Below are positions 46,131 to 58,100 of a stretch of DNA of 59,845 bases, piece by piece. Under the pieces are notes generated by a model. That model worked only from the letters and a program-made list of their open reading frames with translations. It ran no database searches and was not told the origin of the DNA. The stretch comes from a virus (taxonomy: Duplodnaviria; Caudoviricetes): the IMG/VR virus record IMGVR_UViG_3300005533_000243, positions 1 to 59,845 of that record. One strand, given 5' to 3'. The number at the start of each line of letters is the position of its first letter. Position 1 is the first letter of the stretch. The position numbers were made by a program, and so were the translations under genes.

Positions 46131-47915
46131 GTGGTCGCCAAACTCATTGACAGGTTTGGCGGAATGGTGCCCGCGGTCGACGACCGGCTTATCCCCGACG
46201 CGGCCGCGGCGCTCTCTCGTAACACGTGGCTCTACTCGGGAAAGCTCATGGGCATTCCGACCCCGAAGCTGCTTCACACCTGTGTTCTCTCCAACTGCGG
46301 CCGGGTGTTTCGTCTTCCGAAGAGCTACACCGACCCCAAGCATTTTGCCGATTCCGATTGGCTTGAGTTTTCCGACGTCAACACTGACGTCCTTCGTTCG
46401 CCCGTCGTCGGCGATACATTCGACCGATACTATTGGGCCTCGTCTTCCAGCTCGCCCAAGTACAATACGCGCGCCCGCATCACCGCCGGCAGCCCCGAAT
46501 TCCTTCTCGGAATTCCCGCACCGTCGACGCCGCCCGGCGTTTCCGCCTCGGGCGGCTCGTCTTCGGTTACCGATTCCCGCGCCTACGTCACGACGTGGGT
46601 CAGCGCCTACGGCGAGGAAGGCCAGCCTAGCCCGCCGACCAACCTCACCGGCAAGATCGACGACACCTGGCACATCACCCTGCCGACGCCCGACGCCGGA
46701 GATCTAGGGACGAACCGAAACCTTACTAAGGTCCGGATCTACCGCACGGTGACTGCCTCGACGGGCCAGGCGACGTTTTTCTTCGTTGCGGAACTTCCGA
46801 TCGCGACGGCGTCATACGATGATACCCTTAGTGACACTGTAGTTTCGGAAGCGAGCGAACTCGAGAGTACGAACTGGAGCCCTCCGCCCAGCGATCTGCA
46901 AGGAATTACCGCCATGCCGAACGGCATGTTCGTCGGTTTCCGCGGCAACGAGCTTTGGTTCTGTGAACCCTACCGCCCACATGCGTGGCCGGCCCTCTAC
47001 ACGATCACGACCGAATACCCGATCATCGGGCTGGGCGTTACCGGCCAGACGCTGATCGCCTGCACGCAGGGCTTCCCTACCGCGTTCAGCGGCGTCAATC
47101 CGGCCTCGGTCACCGAATCGAAGATCCAGAGCTTTGAGCCATGTGAATCGCGTGGCTCGATCCTCTCTTCGGTGGAGGGCGTATATTACGCTTCGCCGAA
47201 TGGATTGATCCTCTGCACAGCATACGGCGCAATCAACGTGACGCGCACGATGCTGACCAAGGACAAGTGGCAGTCCCTTGCGACCCTTACGACGCTGCGT
47301 TCCGCCCGACTCGGGCAGGCATATTTGGGTTTTGGCAGCCCCCGCGTTGGCGTGTTTCAGAGCAATGCGTTTCAGTCCAACGCTGTCCCCTCGCAGGATT
47401 TCGGCGACTCCCGGAGCGGTGTCCTGATCGACCCCACCGATGCGCGCGTCGCGTTCAACGTGCTGACGTCAGACGATCCGACGTTCAACATCTTCAACGA
47501 CACGTGGTCCGGCGAAATCTTCATCATCCGGAACAACGAGGTTCAGTGGTTGGACTTCGCCGATGACGCTCAACCGCGGGAGCCGTTCTTGTGGCGATCG
47601 AAGATTTTCCAGACCACACAGAAGAAGAGTTTCGAGGCGCTGAAGATTTATTTCGAGGTCCCCGATGGGACTGCGCCACAAAACCCGGTGCGCGACACCG
47701 ATCCCGTGCAGACGCTCGCCGATGACCAATACGGGATTGTGCGTGTGTACGCCGACAACAACCTGAAACTTACGCGAGAGATCCGCACGAGCGGGGAGCT
47801 CATGCGCCTACCGTCCGGTTTCAAAGCCGATTTCTGGCAGTTCGAGATCGAGGCGCGCGTCAACATTTTCTCGTTCCAGGTAGCGACGAGCTCGAAGGAA
47901 CTGGCGAATGTCTAA
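46131..47915 (+). CDS. Tail tubular/nozzle (head-closure) protein
   Basis: 594 aa beta-rich; YVTTWVSAYGEEG, ELWFCEPYRPHAWP, WRSKIF, RLPSGFK; synteny. Confidence 0.7.
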   Translation: MVAKLIDRFGGMVPAVDDRLIPDAAAALSRNTWLYSGKLMGIPTPKLLHTCVLSNCGRVFRLPKSYTDPKHFADSDWLEFSDVNTDVLRSPVVGDTFDRYYWASSSSSPKYNTRARITAGSPEFLLGIPAPSTPPGVSASGGSSSVTDSRAYVTTWVSAYGEEGQPSPPTNLTGKIDDTWHITLPTPDAGDLGTNRNLTKVRIYRTVTASTGQATFFFVAELPIATASYDDTLSDTVVSEASELESTNWSPPPSDLQGITAMPNGMFVGFRGNELWFCEPYRPHAWPALYTITTEYPIIGLGVTGQTLIACTQGFPTAFSGVNPASVTESKIQSFEPCESRGSILSSVEGVYYASPNGLILCTAYGAINVTRTMLTKDKWQSLATLTTLRSARLGQAYLGFGSPRVGVFQSNAFQSNAVPSQDFGDSRSGVLIDPTDARVAFNVLTSDDPTFNIFNDTWSGEIFIIRNNEVQWLDFADDAQPREPFLWRSKIFQTTQKKSFEALKIYFEVPDGTAPQNPVRDTDPVQTLADDQYGIVRVYADNNLKLTREIRTSGELMRLPSGFKADFWQFEIEARVNIFSFQVATSSKELANV

Positions 47916-48405
47916 GACGTATCCCGCCATTCCAAACCCTACGCCCGACCCCGAAAGCCTGCGTTCATCTGTCGCCGCCATCAAGGAGACGGTGGAGATC
48001 CTCACCACATCTCGCGCCGGCGAAGCGTCGAAGGTCGCAACGCAGCAGGACGTCATTGATCTCTCAGGAGAGATCGACGCGCTGGCCGACGCCAACGATC
48101 TCGGAAGCTTCATCGAATCGCCGGCGAACAAGGACTATGTCCTTCGGGAAAAGTTCTCGTTCCCATTCACGATTTTGGAGACGACAGTACGGACCCGCGT
48201 CGGCACCTGCACCGTCACTTTCAAGATCGACGGCAACGCGATCGGCGGAGCCGCGCATTCTGCGTCGACGATCCAGAACTCGATCCAACGCACTGCGGGT
48301 AACACGGGTGTCGTCGGTTCGCGCCTGACCGCGACGGTCTCCGCAGTTGCGGGCGGCTGCGCCGACCTAGCCATTGCCGTGAAGTATTCGCGGCCGGTGT
48401 CCTGA
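47908..48405 (+). CDS. Hypothetical virion protein
   Basis: PAIP...AIKETVEIL; AAGGA RBS. Confidence 0.65.
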   Translation: MSKTYPAIPNPTPDPESLRSSVAAIKETVEILTTSRAGEASKVATQQDVIDLSGEIDALADANDLGSFIESPANKDYVLREKFSFPFTILETTVRTRVGTCTVTFKIDGNAIGGAAHSASTIQNSIQRTAGNTGVVGSRLTATVSAVAGGCADLAIAVKYSRPVS

Positions 48406-48872
48406 TGATCTCGTTCAACAACGCCGAGCACGCTGCCCAGATCGCCGCCGCCGCGCGCGTGCCCATCGGGCCGGCCGATGTATCCATCTCGTATTCGGTT
48501 GATGGCGTTCTTCGCGGCGGCGTGATCTACCACAATTTCACCGGCGCGAGCATCGAGATGCACCAGGCTGCGTTCAGCAAGCATTGGATCACGCGCGACA
48601 TGCTTTGGGTATGCTTTCACTATCCGTTTGCGAAGCTGGGCGTGAAGAAGGTTTTCGGTTTGACACCTTCCAGCAACCCAAAAGTGATTGAATTGAACAA
48701 GAAGTTGGGCTTTACGATTGAGACCGTGGTCGGTGAAGTTTTTCCCGACGGCGATCTGGTTGTCATGTCGATGAAGCGCGACGACTGTCGGTGGCTCAAA
48801 ATCGAACCGCGTGCGTTCGAGTGGAGTGTGAAATCGAGTAATGGGAAAAAGCAGTCCTCCGCCGCCGCCTGA
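48405..48872 (+). CDS. GNAT-family acetyltransferase
   Basis: FHYPFAKLGVKKV.GL.PSSN...ELNKKLGFTIE. Confidence 0.8.
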   Translation: MISFNNAEHAAQIAAAARVPIGPADVSISYSVDGVLRGGVIYHNFTGASIEMHQAAFSKHWITRDMLWVCFHYPFAKLGVKKVFGLTPSSNPKVIELNKKLGFTIETVVGEVFPDGDLVVMSMKRDDCRWLKIEPRAFEWSVKSSNGKKQSSAAA

Positions 48873-50139
48873 CTATACGCCGATCGCTCAAGCCTCCGAA
48901 GCGTCTGCTGACAAAGCGTACCAACTGGGCGAAGACCAGCTCGCCTGGGCCAAGCAGCAATATGCCGAGAACAAGGACGTTACCGATCAGGTCGTCGGTT
49001 CATTCCTACAAACTCAGGATCTCAACGACCAATCGGCGCAGGCAGACCGAGCGCGATACCAGACCGAGTTTCAGCCGCTCGAAGACCAGCTCGTTCAGGA
49101 TGCGCAAAGCTATGCGACGCCGCAGCGCAAGGATCTCGAACGCGGGCGAGCGCAAGCGGCCGTCTCGCAGAGCTTCGATACGCAGCGACAGAATTCGCAG
49201 CGCGATCTAGAAGCCTTCGGCATCAACCCCGGTGCGACGCGCTTCGGCGCCCTCGACATCGCAACGCGAGCCCAGCAAGCCGCGGCCACGGCCGCTGCTG
49301 GCAATCAGTCGGATCAGATGGTCGATGCTACCGGCCGCGCCATCCGCTCGGAAGCGATCAACGTCGGCCGCGGATATCCAGGCCAGATCGCCGGCCAGTA
49401 CGGCACCGCGCTCACCGGAGGCACGTCGGCCGTCAATGCCGGTCTCGCTACAACCGCCAGCGGCGCCCAGACCATGGGCACGTCGCCGCAATACATGGCG
49501 CTAGGAAACAATGCGCTCGGCGTTTGGGGTAACACGCTCAACATGGGCTACCAAAACCAGCTCTCTGCGTTCAACGCGCAGCAGCAGGCTTCTTCCGGCT
49601 TCGGTTCGGCGCTCGGCCTCGCCGCCGGCCTCATGTTCGCGAAGGAAGGCGGTGCGGTTCCCGACCCGAAGCGGCCGTTCAGCGATCACCACTTCTACGT
49701 CATCCCGCGCGTCAACAAGCAGGGCAAGCAGCTCTCGCACGAAGAAGCGATGACCCATTTCTTCCATACCGGCGAGCATCACGGTGTGTTCAATTCGCCG
49801 GAAGAGGCGCAACAGCATTTCGCCGGCGGCGGTGTTCCACTCGACCAGACCCAAGGCGGCGGCGTCCCCGCCGGCGCTTCGCCGTCCGGAGGCCAGGCGA
49901 TTGACGACGTTGCCGCCCGCCTCACTGCCGGCGAGTTCGTCGTGCCGAAAGACGTCGCCCGGTGGAAGGGTGAAGAGTTCTTCCAGAAACTGATTTCGCA
50001 GTCGCGCAACGCCAAACAGAAGGCGGTGGCGAGACCGACATTCGGTCCGGCAATCCCGATGGGCGGAGCTCCACAACCGCGTCCGGGAGCGGCTCCCGCT
50101 CCCCAGCAAGCGCCGCGCGCGGCGTTACCCGTGAGGTAA
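48841..50139 (+). CDS. Internal virion/ejection protein
   Basis: MGKSSPPPPPDY start, A/G/Q-rich, DDVAARLTAGEFVVPKDV. Confidence 0.7.
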   Translation: MGKSSPPPPPDYTPIAQASEASADKAYQLGEDQLAWAKQQYAENKDVTDQVVGSFLQTQDLNDQSAQADRARYQTEFQPLEDQLVQDAQSYATPQRKDLERGRAQAAVSQSFDTQRQNSQRDLEAFGINPGATRFGALDIATRAQQAAATAAAGNQSDQMVDATGRAIRSEAINVGRGYPGQIAGQYGTALTGGTSAVNAGLATTASGAQTMGTSPQYMALGNNALGVWGNTLNMGYQNQLSAFNAQQQASSGFGSALGLAAGLMFAKEGGAVPDPKRPFSDHHFYVIPRVNKQGKQLSHEEAMTHFFHTGEHHGVFNSPEEAQQHFAGGGVPLDQTQGGGVPAGASPSGGQAIDDVAARLTAGEFVVPKDVARWKGEEFFQKLISQSRNAKQKAVARPTFGPAIPMGGAPQPRPGAAPAPQQAPRAALPVR

Positions 50140-50142
50140 CCG

Positions 50143-52110
50143 ATGTCCTTCGCGAAAGAGATTAAGGATTTCATCTCGGCCATGCAGGCCGGACAGAAGA
50201 TTATCGGCGCTCGCGACGACCGCGAATACAAGCGCGCCCGCGCGCGATATTTCAACGCTCGCGCCGGCGCGCTCGAGGGTGGCGGCGGTGGCAACTCGGA
50301 ACTCTCGAAATATCGTCAGCTCCGCAATAAGTTCTTGCAGGGGAAGATCGACCAGCAAAACGGCAAGAAGGGGCAACAGCCTCCGAGCACCGACAATGTG
50401 AACCCCGATCTCGTCGGCGGTGCGTCTCAGAAAGCCAAGAATTCCATCGGACCGCAGAGCGCGATCCCGACGATTGATCCGACCGGACAGCAGCAGGCTG
50501 GAGGCGATCAGCCCGATCTACCGGATGAGGCAAAGCCGGTCGAGTACGCGGTTGGAGACCAGAACGATTCCGGCACCGATACGCTATCCCAGCAGAGCGC
50601 CATTCCTGATAGCGACGCCAACAACATCGAGGTGGCCGAACAGAACAACGACCTCGAGGACGATGGCGGCGACGTCGAGTATGCCGCCACGGGCGGTGAC
50701 ATCGAGCCCGACGACGATCAGACCCAACAGGTTGCCCTGCCGACCGGCGGAGAGGACGATAGCGATACCGACGAGCCTGAGCTGCCGAAGGGCGCGATCC
50801 CCGCGGCCGATAGCGGCCAACAGGCGCCACCCGACGATACGAAAGCTGGCGACCAGCCGGATATTCCCGATGACGCGCAGCCCGCTCGCGCGCGCGGCTT
50901 CAGCATCCAGGCTGCCCACGATGCGACCAAGGATGGCCTGTTGTATGGCCTGAACGATCAGCAGGAAGCGGTCCCCACGCGCAGCCGCAGCCGCTCTCGC
51001 GCCGCCGAATCGCAGTTGAACGCCGTCTCTCCGAAGGAGCTGGAGGCGATCAAGAACAATATCGACCCCGACAAGAAGATGAGCGAGGGACAACGCAACA
51101 TGGCCGCGCTCGGCGGCGTGTGGCAGTACTACATGGAGAAGGGGGACCCGCAGAAGGCACAGAAGGTCTCCGCCGAGATCCTCCAGTACTATAAGGTGTC
51201 CGCGCAGCGATATGCCGCATACGGCGCCGTTGCCGCGCAGAACGGCGACCTCGATCAGGCGGCAAAGGCCGCCATGATGGCCTACGCGAATATCCCGGAC
51301 GGCCGAGACCTGAAGGTCGTAGTCGACGGCGACAAGTTCGCTTACCAGTACACCGACGAAAACGGAAAGCTGATCAAGAAGGGTGTCGCGACGCCCGAAG
51401 AGATGGCCGCTCAAGCGATGGGCGTCGCGCGCGATGGCTTCGAGAAATTCATTCTCGACGCTGCGGGAAATCGCGCCGGCACTTCCAACAAGAAGGGTCA
51501 GGATAGCGGAAACGTGAATTACACGGACCGCGGCCGCATCGACACGCAGGTGAGTAATGCGTTCGACGATGCGGTGAACAACCTCGCGCCGGAAGGCGGC
51601 ACGCCGCCCAAGATCCCCGGCCGCGACAAGACCGCGATCAAGAACTCGGCGTTCCAGATCATGGCCGATCCGCGGAACAAGAATATGAACGCGAGCCAGG
51701 CCGTTGACGCGTCGATGCGCTTGATGCTGCCGAATCCGAAAAGCCCGGACCAGCCCGACTTCCAGGTGAAGCCCGGCCAAGACGGCGCCCTCGTGCAGTT
51801 CAAAGACGGCGCGCGCGTCTTCGTGCCGAAGGATCAGTTCGACCAGATCATGACGATGCGCAACTCGCGCATCAAAGCGCTTCAGCCGAAAACCGATAAG
51901 CCGACGGCGGCCATCCCGACGAACAAGGGTCCGGAGGCGCCGAACGACGACAACAGCGATTCGTACATGGGCGGCCTCATCAAAGTTCGAAAAGACAGTC
52001 CGGCCGCCCGGTACATCCAAAGCAAGAAGCAGCAGTGGGATGCCCAAGGCCAGGAAGATCAGTTTGCCGATGCGAAGCGGCGCGGAGCTCTGGAAGAGAT
52101 TGGTCCCTAA
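50143..52110 (+). CDS. Internal virion/ejection protein
   Basis: 655 aa with long acidic disordered region; GAGGT RBS; synteny. Confidence 0.65.
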   Translation: MSFAKEIKDFISAMQAGQKIIGARDDREYKRARARYFNARAGALEGGGGGNSELSKYRQLRNKFLQGKIDQQNGKKGQQPPSTDNVNPDLVGGASQKAKNSIGPQSAIPTIDPTGQQQAGGDQPDLPDEAKPVEYAVGDQNDSGTDTLSQQSAIPDSDANNIEVAEQNNDLEDDGGDVEYAATGGDIEPDDDQTQQVALPTGGEDDSDTDEPELPKGAIPAADSGQQAPPDDTKAGDQPDIPDDAQPARARGFSIQAAHDATKDGLLYGLNDQQEAVPTRSRSRSRAAESQLNAVSPKELEAIKNNIDPDKKMSEGQRNMAALGGVWQYYMEKGDPQKAQKVSAEILQYYKVSAQRYAAYGAVAAQNGDLDQAAKAAMMAYANIPDGRDLKVVVDGDKFAYQYTDENGKLIKKGVATPEEMAAQAMGVARDGFEKFILDAAGNRAGTSNKKGQDSGNVNYTDRGRIDTQVSNAFDDAVNNLAPEGGTPPKIPGRDKTAIKNSAFQIMADPRNKNMNASQAVDASMRLMLPNPKSPDQPDFQVKPGQDGALVQFKDGARVFVPKDQFDQIMTMRNSRIKALQPKTDKPTAAIPTNKGPEAPNDDNSDSYMGGLIKVRKDSPAARYIQSKKQQWDAQGQEDQFADAKRRGALEEIGP

Positions 52111-52122
52111 GAAAGGTGAGTA

Positions 52123-55100
52123 ATGGCCGAGGGTGATCCTTGGTGGAGCGGTCTATACAACGACAGTTCCGAAGCGCCTGCCCCAGACAATAGCAGCCCG
52201 ACGTGGGGAGATTACGGTAAAGCCTTAAAGTCCGGAGCCGAGGAGCTCGGAGCGTCGATTGGCGCCGGTATTCAGGAATACGCCAGCGACGAAACGCCAG
52301 AGGGCCGCCTCGTAAAGGAGATGGGCGGCGTTATCCGCCGCAATCTCGGTGACCAGGCAGAAGACACTTCGCAGTCCATGACGCCGGTGGCGCGCCAGCG
52401 CCTGGAGGCGTCGATCACCAGCCCCGAATTCTGGAACCATCCGCTCAGCTCGACGGCGCTCAAAGCGACAAAAATGTCGCCGGCTGCCGCCGCGATGATC
52501 GTTCCCGGCGGCCTGATCGCCGACGCCACTGCCGCGACGATCGCCACCGCCGGCGTTGGTGGCGCCCTGAACGTCGCGCAGCTTGTCGACAATGTCTACA
52601 AGATGGTCGACCAGCTTCCGGACGATCAGCTCCGCGCCAAGAGCGATTATTACAACACCCTCCGCGACTCGAACGTCAGCGAAGAGGACGCGCGACAGCA
52701 ACTCAAGAGCCGTCTCGTCACCGACGCCAAGCCGGCGCTCAACTTCGCTGTTGGCTCAGTCGCCGCAGCCCTTGGACCCTCTGCCGCCATCGTGCGCGGC
52801 GCCAAGGGCGCTACCGCCGTAATCGGCGCCGGCGAACGCGGAGCCCTGGGCCGGGCTGCCATCGGCGCGGGAGAAGCTGGTGCCGGCATGGGCACCCAAA
52901 CCGGAGTCGAGGAAGCGAGCCGCCAACAGGCCGCAATCCAAGAGGGCCTCCAGCAGAATTTCGATACCGACAAACTCGTCGAAGCGGTGCTCGAGCCCAC
53001 GTATCTGGGCGCCATCACGGGTGGCGCTGCCGGCGCCGTGATCAAGGGCAAAGGGGTAAAGACCGAACCCAAGCCGAAGGTTGAGACTGAAACCGAGACC
53101 ACGAGCCCCGCCGCCGAGGATCGCGGCGTTACCGACGAGAAGGTCGGAACGTCACAGGTGCAGAAGGGGACCGGCACAGGAAATCAGCCGCCGCCCCCCG
53201 ACGCCAAGCGCCCTGACGTTCGTTATCCGAAGCCCAGCGCCAGCGACGAAGAGAAGATCCGCTCGGCGACACTCGAGGACGTGCTCGCGCGCACGCGCCA
53301 GAACAAGGGCGCCGAGGTCGTGGATGTCGTGGGTCCGACGTCGGAGCAGGAGCTCGCGCTCGGTAAGACCGAACGTCTCGCGAACCAAGACGTAAATCCC
53401 GACGTAAACCCAGACCTTGTTGAGCGCCGCGACGACGTGCAGCCTCCCGCCGGTCCTCCGGAGCAGCCGGACGTTACCCAGGAGGTAACCGCCGCGCCCC
53501 GCCCCGCCGCGCCGCCCGCTCCCGAAGTCAGGCCCGAAGACGTCGCACCGCCCAAGGATGTGGAGACGCCGCAGGCTCCCCGCGTCCTGCCGGCCCTGGA
53601 TCAGGACACCGCGCAGAATGTGCGCGCGACCAACCAGAGGATCGCCGCCAATGTCAAAGAGGCGCAACCGAAAGAGCCCAAAGGCAAGAACCGGTCGAAG
53701 ACTGATCAGGAGGCGCGCGCCAAGTCAGCCGCGGCGGCCGAGGCGCTATTCGTCCGGAGCGTGCCCGACGAGCACGTCATGCCCACGACGCCAGCGCAGC
53801 GTGGCGAGCTGCGCGATCGCCTGAAGGCGATCTCCGACGAGGCCGATAAGCTCGGGATCCAGGTGCCGACAAAGGTCGGATACGCCAATACGCCCGACCA
53901 CATCGTGTGGCTGCGCGAGGTCAAGAATCTCGCCAAGCGCATGGACCAGAAGAGCTTCGTCGGGAAGCGCGCCGCCGAGCATATCGGTACGTTCCTCGCC
54001 CGCGAGAAGGCTGCAAAAGCTGGCGACTTCAGCGTGATGCGTAATGAGCGCAAGGCTGAGGGCGACCTCGCCATGCGCCGCGACCAGGGCGAAGTGGAGA
54101 ATGCAGCGCCCTCGGCCGGCCTCGTCGCCGAGTCGCCTGAAGACGCGATCATCCGGCGCGAAGAGGAAGAGGGTCGGGTTGCGCCCGAAGCGCCCCGTCC
54201 GGCCCCGAAGCCTCGCGCCCCCGAGACCCCCGAGAAAGCGTCGGCGCGCACCAAGATCGAGGAGATCAAGAAGAAAGCTCGCGCCCAGGCCGAGGCGAAA
54301 GAGGCGGAAGAGAAAGACCGCCCGTGGCGCCGGATCCAGCTCACTGAGGAGCAGAAGAAGGCCGCCATCGAGTCGCTCGAGAAGAACATGAAGCGCCCCC
54401 CGCGTCCCGAGCCGATTGCGGACGCGATGCGCGAGGTAGAGACGAACCCGACACCTGCGCAGAAGGAGGCCGGCAACTACGCTAAGGGCCACATCAACGT
54501 GCAGGGTCTCAAGATCTCGATCGAGAACCCGCGCGGCTCTGTGCGCCGCGGCGGCGCGCCCGGGAAAGAATGGGAGACGAAAGTCCCCGATCACTACGGT
54601 TATGTGAAGCGCACCGAGGGAGCGGACGGCGATCAGGTTGATGTGTATGTCGGCCGCCACCCGGACAGCGATCGCGTTTACGTTGTGGATCAGATGGATC
54701 ACCGAACCGGCCGCTTTGACGAGCACAAGGCAATGCTCGGCTATCGGACGCAAGAAGAAGCCGAGAGCGCCTACAAGCGTGGATTCTCCGACGGTAAAGG
54801 CGCCGCGCGCATGGGCGCCGTGACGGAGATGTCCGTCGGCGACTTCAAGAACTGGCTTCGGGAAGGCGACACGAAAAACCCTGTCTCCGAGTCGGCGCCG
54901 CGCGCTTCAACCGCGGAAGACGTCGGACGATTGCTCGACGAGGAAGCCGAGCGGAAGCAGCCTCCCCAGCCGATCCGTACGACTACCACCGGTGAAATCC
55001 TAAAAAATCTGGACCTGAAGCATCTGGCTGACGTGCCGGGTGCGATCCAGCCGTTTATCGCTCGCCGCCTGCGAAATCTGGTGGGGGACAACGAAGTCCA

Positions 55101-58100
55101 GGTCATCTCTAAAGACGATATGTCCAAGTGGCGCGGACCGAAGGATCTGGGCCTCTACACGTACGACCCCGAAACTCGGAAGACGATCGTTTACGTTCGC
55201 GAAGACCAATTCGCCAACAAGCGCCAGCTTGCGCACACGATGATCCACGAGGCGACCCACGCCGCTACCGTGCATTCGCTCGAGATGCACCCACAACAAA
55301 AAGAACTCGTTCGCCAGATGATGGGCGAGGTCGGGGAATTTTTGCATCACCCCGTCGACGCCAAACGTACACTTGCTCGGGACAAGTTCAGCTACGCGAT
55401 GACGAGCGAGAGGGAGTTCATCGCCGAAGCGTTTTCCAATCCGGACTTCCAACGCTTCCTTTCTCTCATCCCTACCTCGCGCGAGCTCTCCGAGAAGTTG
55501 TCGCTGGATCATCGGCGTTCCAGCTCCATGTGGGACGCGGTCGTCGACTATGTTCGCCGGATCGTAGAGCGCGTCACCGGAAAGATTCCGGGCGATGTGC
55601 ACAACATGATGTCAGCGATCATGCGCCACGGCGAAACGCTGATGAACATCGAAAAAAATCGCCAGATCCGAAATGGTGATATCCCTATAGCCTATGCCGA
55701 TCGCATCGAGGCACCGCTTACGATCCGCGATGCGATCGAAGGCGGCGCTGAGGCGGTGAAGCGAGTGGCCTCGGATCCGGTCGAGTCGATCAAGCAATTC
55801 GCTGATCGTCCGGACGCGTGGCGTCTCTTGAAGACGCTCGGCCACAAGCTGCTTACCAACGACCAGTTCCGCCAGCGCGTCGAGCCGGTCTTGCCGCACG
55901 CCAGAACGGTTTTCGACCTTGTCGAGAAGCAAGGCGTCTACGCGAACAAGCTGAAGCAGGAAGGCAACCGCCTGATTGCGGACCTGATGGGGCTCGAGAA
56001 GAAGCTCCCCGGTGCGTTCGACAAGTGGTCTGACCTCGTGAATCGCCAGACGGCTTTCGGCGTCGATGCGTCGTCGCCTCTTGGCATCAGCCGGAACGAA
56101 TATCTCGCGCTGTCGAAGACGAACCAGCAGCGCATGGCATCCGGCAAATACAGCCCCGAGGACGCGCCGATGGCGCATTGGGAGGCGCAAGCCGCGCATC
56201 CCGGCCTCGCCAAAGAATTCAACGACCTGGCGACCCAGCATCCGGAATTCCGCGAAGCCCAAGAGCGCCTGTTCCGTTTCTTCGAAGAAGCGCAGGCCGA
56301 CATGACGCGCGGCCACATCGACCAGTACCTGCGCGCTGCCGGCGTCGACGAGTCCACGCGCGTCACCGAATCGAAGCGTCTTCTGAATGCGAACCCGACC
56401 AAAGAGCTCATCGAGGAGCTCGAGAACAAGTATGGCGACGTGGTCGCGAAACAGATCCTCGATGCCAAGAAGCTCTCGGGAAAGGAGGGTGTCTACGCGC
56501 CCCTCGTGCGCCATGGCGACTACGTCGTCAGCGGCAAGTATAAGGTGGCGGAGCCCACGAACGCGGTGAATAAGGTCGACGAGAATACGTGGGAGTTCCG
56601 CACTCGCAAGGAAGCCTACAACTTCGCGCAGAAGACCGGCCTCCACTACAACGTCGACACGGTCTATTACGACCCGAATACCGGCGAGCGCACCACGAAG
56701 ATGGGCGGCCTGTCTCAGACGGGAAGCGCCGAGCAGCGGTACGAAGTCAACGTGCAGCGCAAGCACGTCGAATTCAGCGAAAGCCTGAAGGATGCACAGG
56801 CGCGCCAGAAAGAACTCCACGAGTCGGGCGTGCTCGAGCGCGAACCCTACGTCGAGGAGAAGCAGGACTACATCGGCCGCGATGCCGAGATCGGCGCCGG
56901 CGCGCTCCACACGATCATGAAGAAGCTCGAGCAGACGGATGAGTACCGTCGGGCCACGAACGTCCAGAAACAGGAGATGCGGAAGGCGCTGGAGGAGGCG
57001 GCTCTGGTTACCCAGGCAGGTAACCGTGTCCAATCCCGCCGGCTGCCGCGGCGCCGGGTGGAGGGGGCTTCCGACGACCTCACCCGCAACATGGCCATAT
57101 ATAATGACAGCCAGTCGAACTACCGAGCCAAGGTCGAGTTTCGCCCCAAGGTCGAGGAAGCGATCCGCGACATGCAGAAGTATGTAGAGGACAACCGCTA
57201 CTCGAAAGAGGGTGCGCTCGATCCGAATGCGCTTTCCCGCTCTGAAGCCGCAAACGAGGTGATTGCCCGCGCGCGAGCGCTGGATCCGAACGAGTATTCG
57301 GGCACCTATACCGACTGGACACGCCGGCTATCGACCTGGTCGTATATCGACCGCATGGCGCGCCCGTCGCACTTGCTGCTGCACCAGACGCACCTTCCCA
57401 TGATTACGGCGCCGTTCATCTCCGGTCGCCACGGGCTCGCGGCGACGTATGGAGTGATGCTGCGGACCTGGAAGACCGCCGTGCGGTTCTACCAGGCGGG
57501 CGGCAACGACTTCGTGAAGTCGATCGCCGACGGCCTCCACGAGGGGACCGACTACGACAAGCTCGTCAAGGAGAGCTTCAAGGGCGAGAAGGACAGCGGC
57601 CGCCTGAACAAGATGTTCGACACGCTCGCCGAGATCGGCCTGATCCATCCGCAGGCCGGCCTCGAGGTGCACAAGTATGCGCCGTCGCGACAGCTCAAGG
57701 GCGCGGTCGGCGTCATGGATAAGACGATCGCGAAGCTCGACACGGTCTTCCGCCATGCCACGAACGCCACGGAAGCGATCAACCGCTACGTCGGCGCGGC
57801 GATGGCGTATCGCCTCGAGTACGCGAAGCTTCGCAAGACGATGAGCGAGCAGAAGGCGCACGACGGCGCGGTCGAGTATGCCCGCCAGACGCTCGCCAAC
57901 ACGCAGGGCTTCTACAGCTCGACCAACGCGGCGCCGCTGTTCAAGAACAAGTGGCTGCGTCCATTCCTTCAGTTCCGCCAGTTCCCGCAGATGATGTACC
58001 ACCTGCTGATCAGCACGGCGGAGAAGGCATTCTCCGGCGACGACGTCCGGACGCGCGTGCAGGCGGCGGCGTCTCTTGCGACGGTGCTCGGCACGCACAC

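Larger units (their letters stand above)
6258..57024. promoter_or_regulatory. Dispersed operator-like motif GTWAC-N7/8-GTWAC
   Basis: Exact copies start at 6258, 8074, 12220, 16608, 18621, 19212, 20112, 21251, 21915, 22750, 23700, 24166, 25056, 25942, 31097, 37648, 50124, 53473, 57007; regulatory role is inferred. Confidence 0.8.

Noticed and set aside
6258-57024. GTWAC boxes as alphaproteobacterial LexA boxes (GTTC-N7-GTTC)
   Set aside because: Half-site is GTWAC with a 12-13 bp period, not GTTC with an 11 bp period
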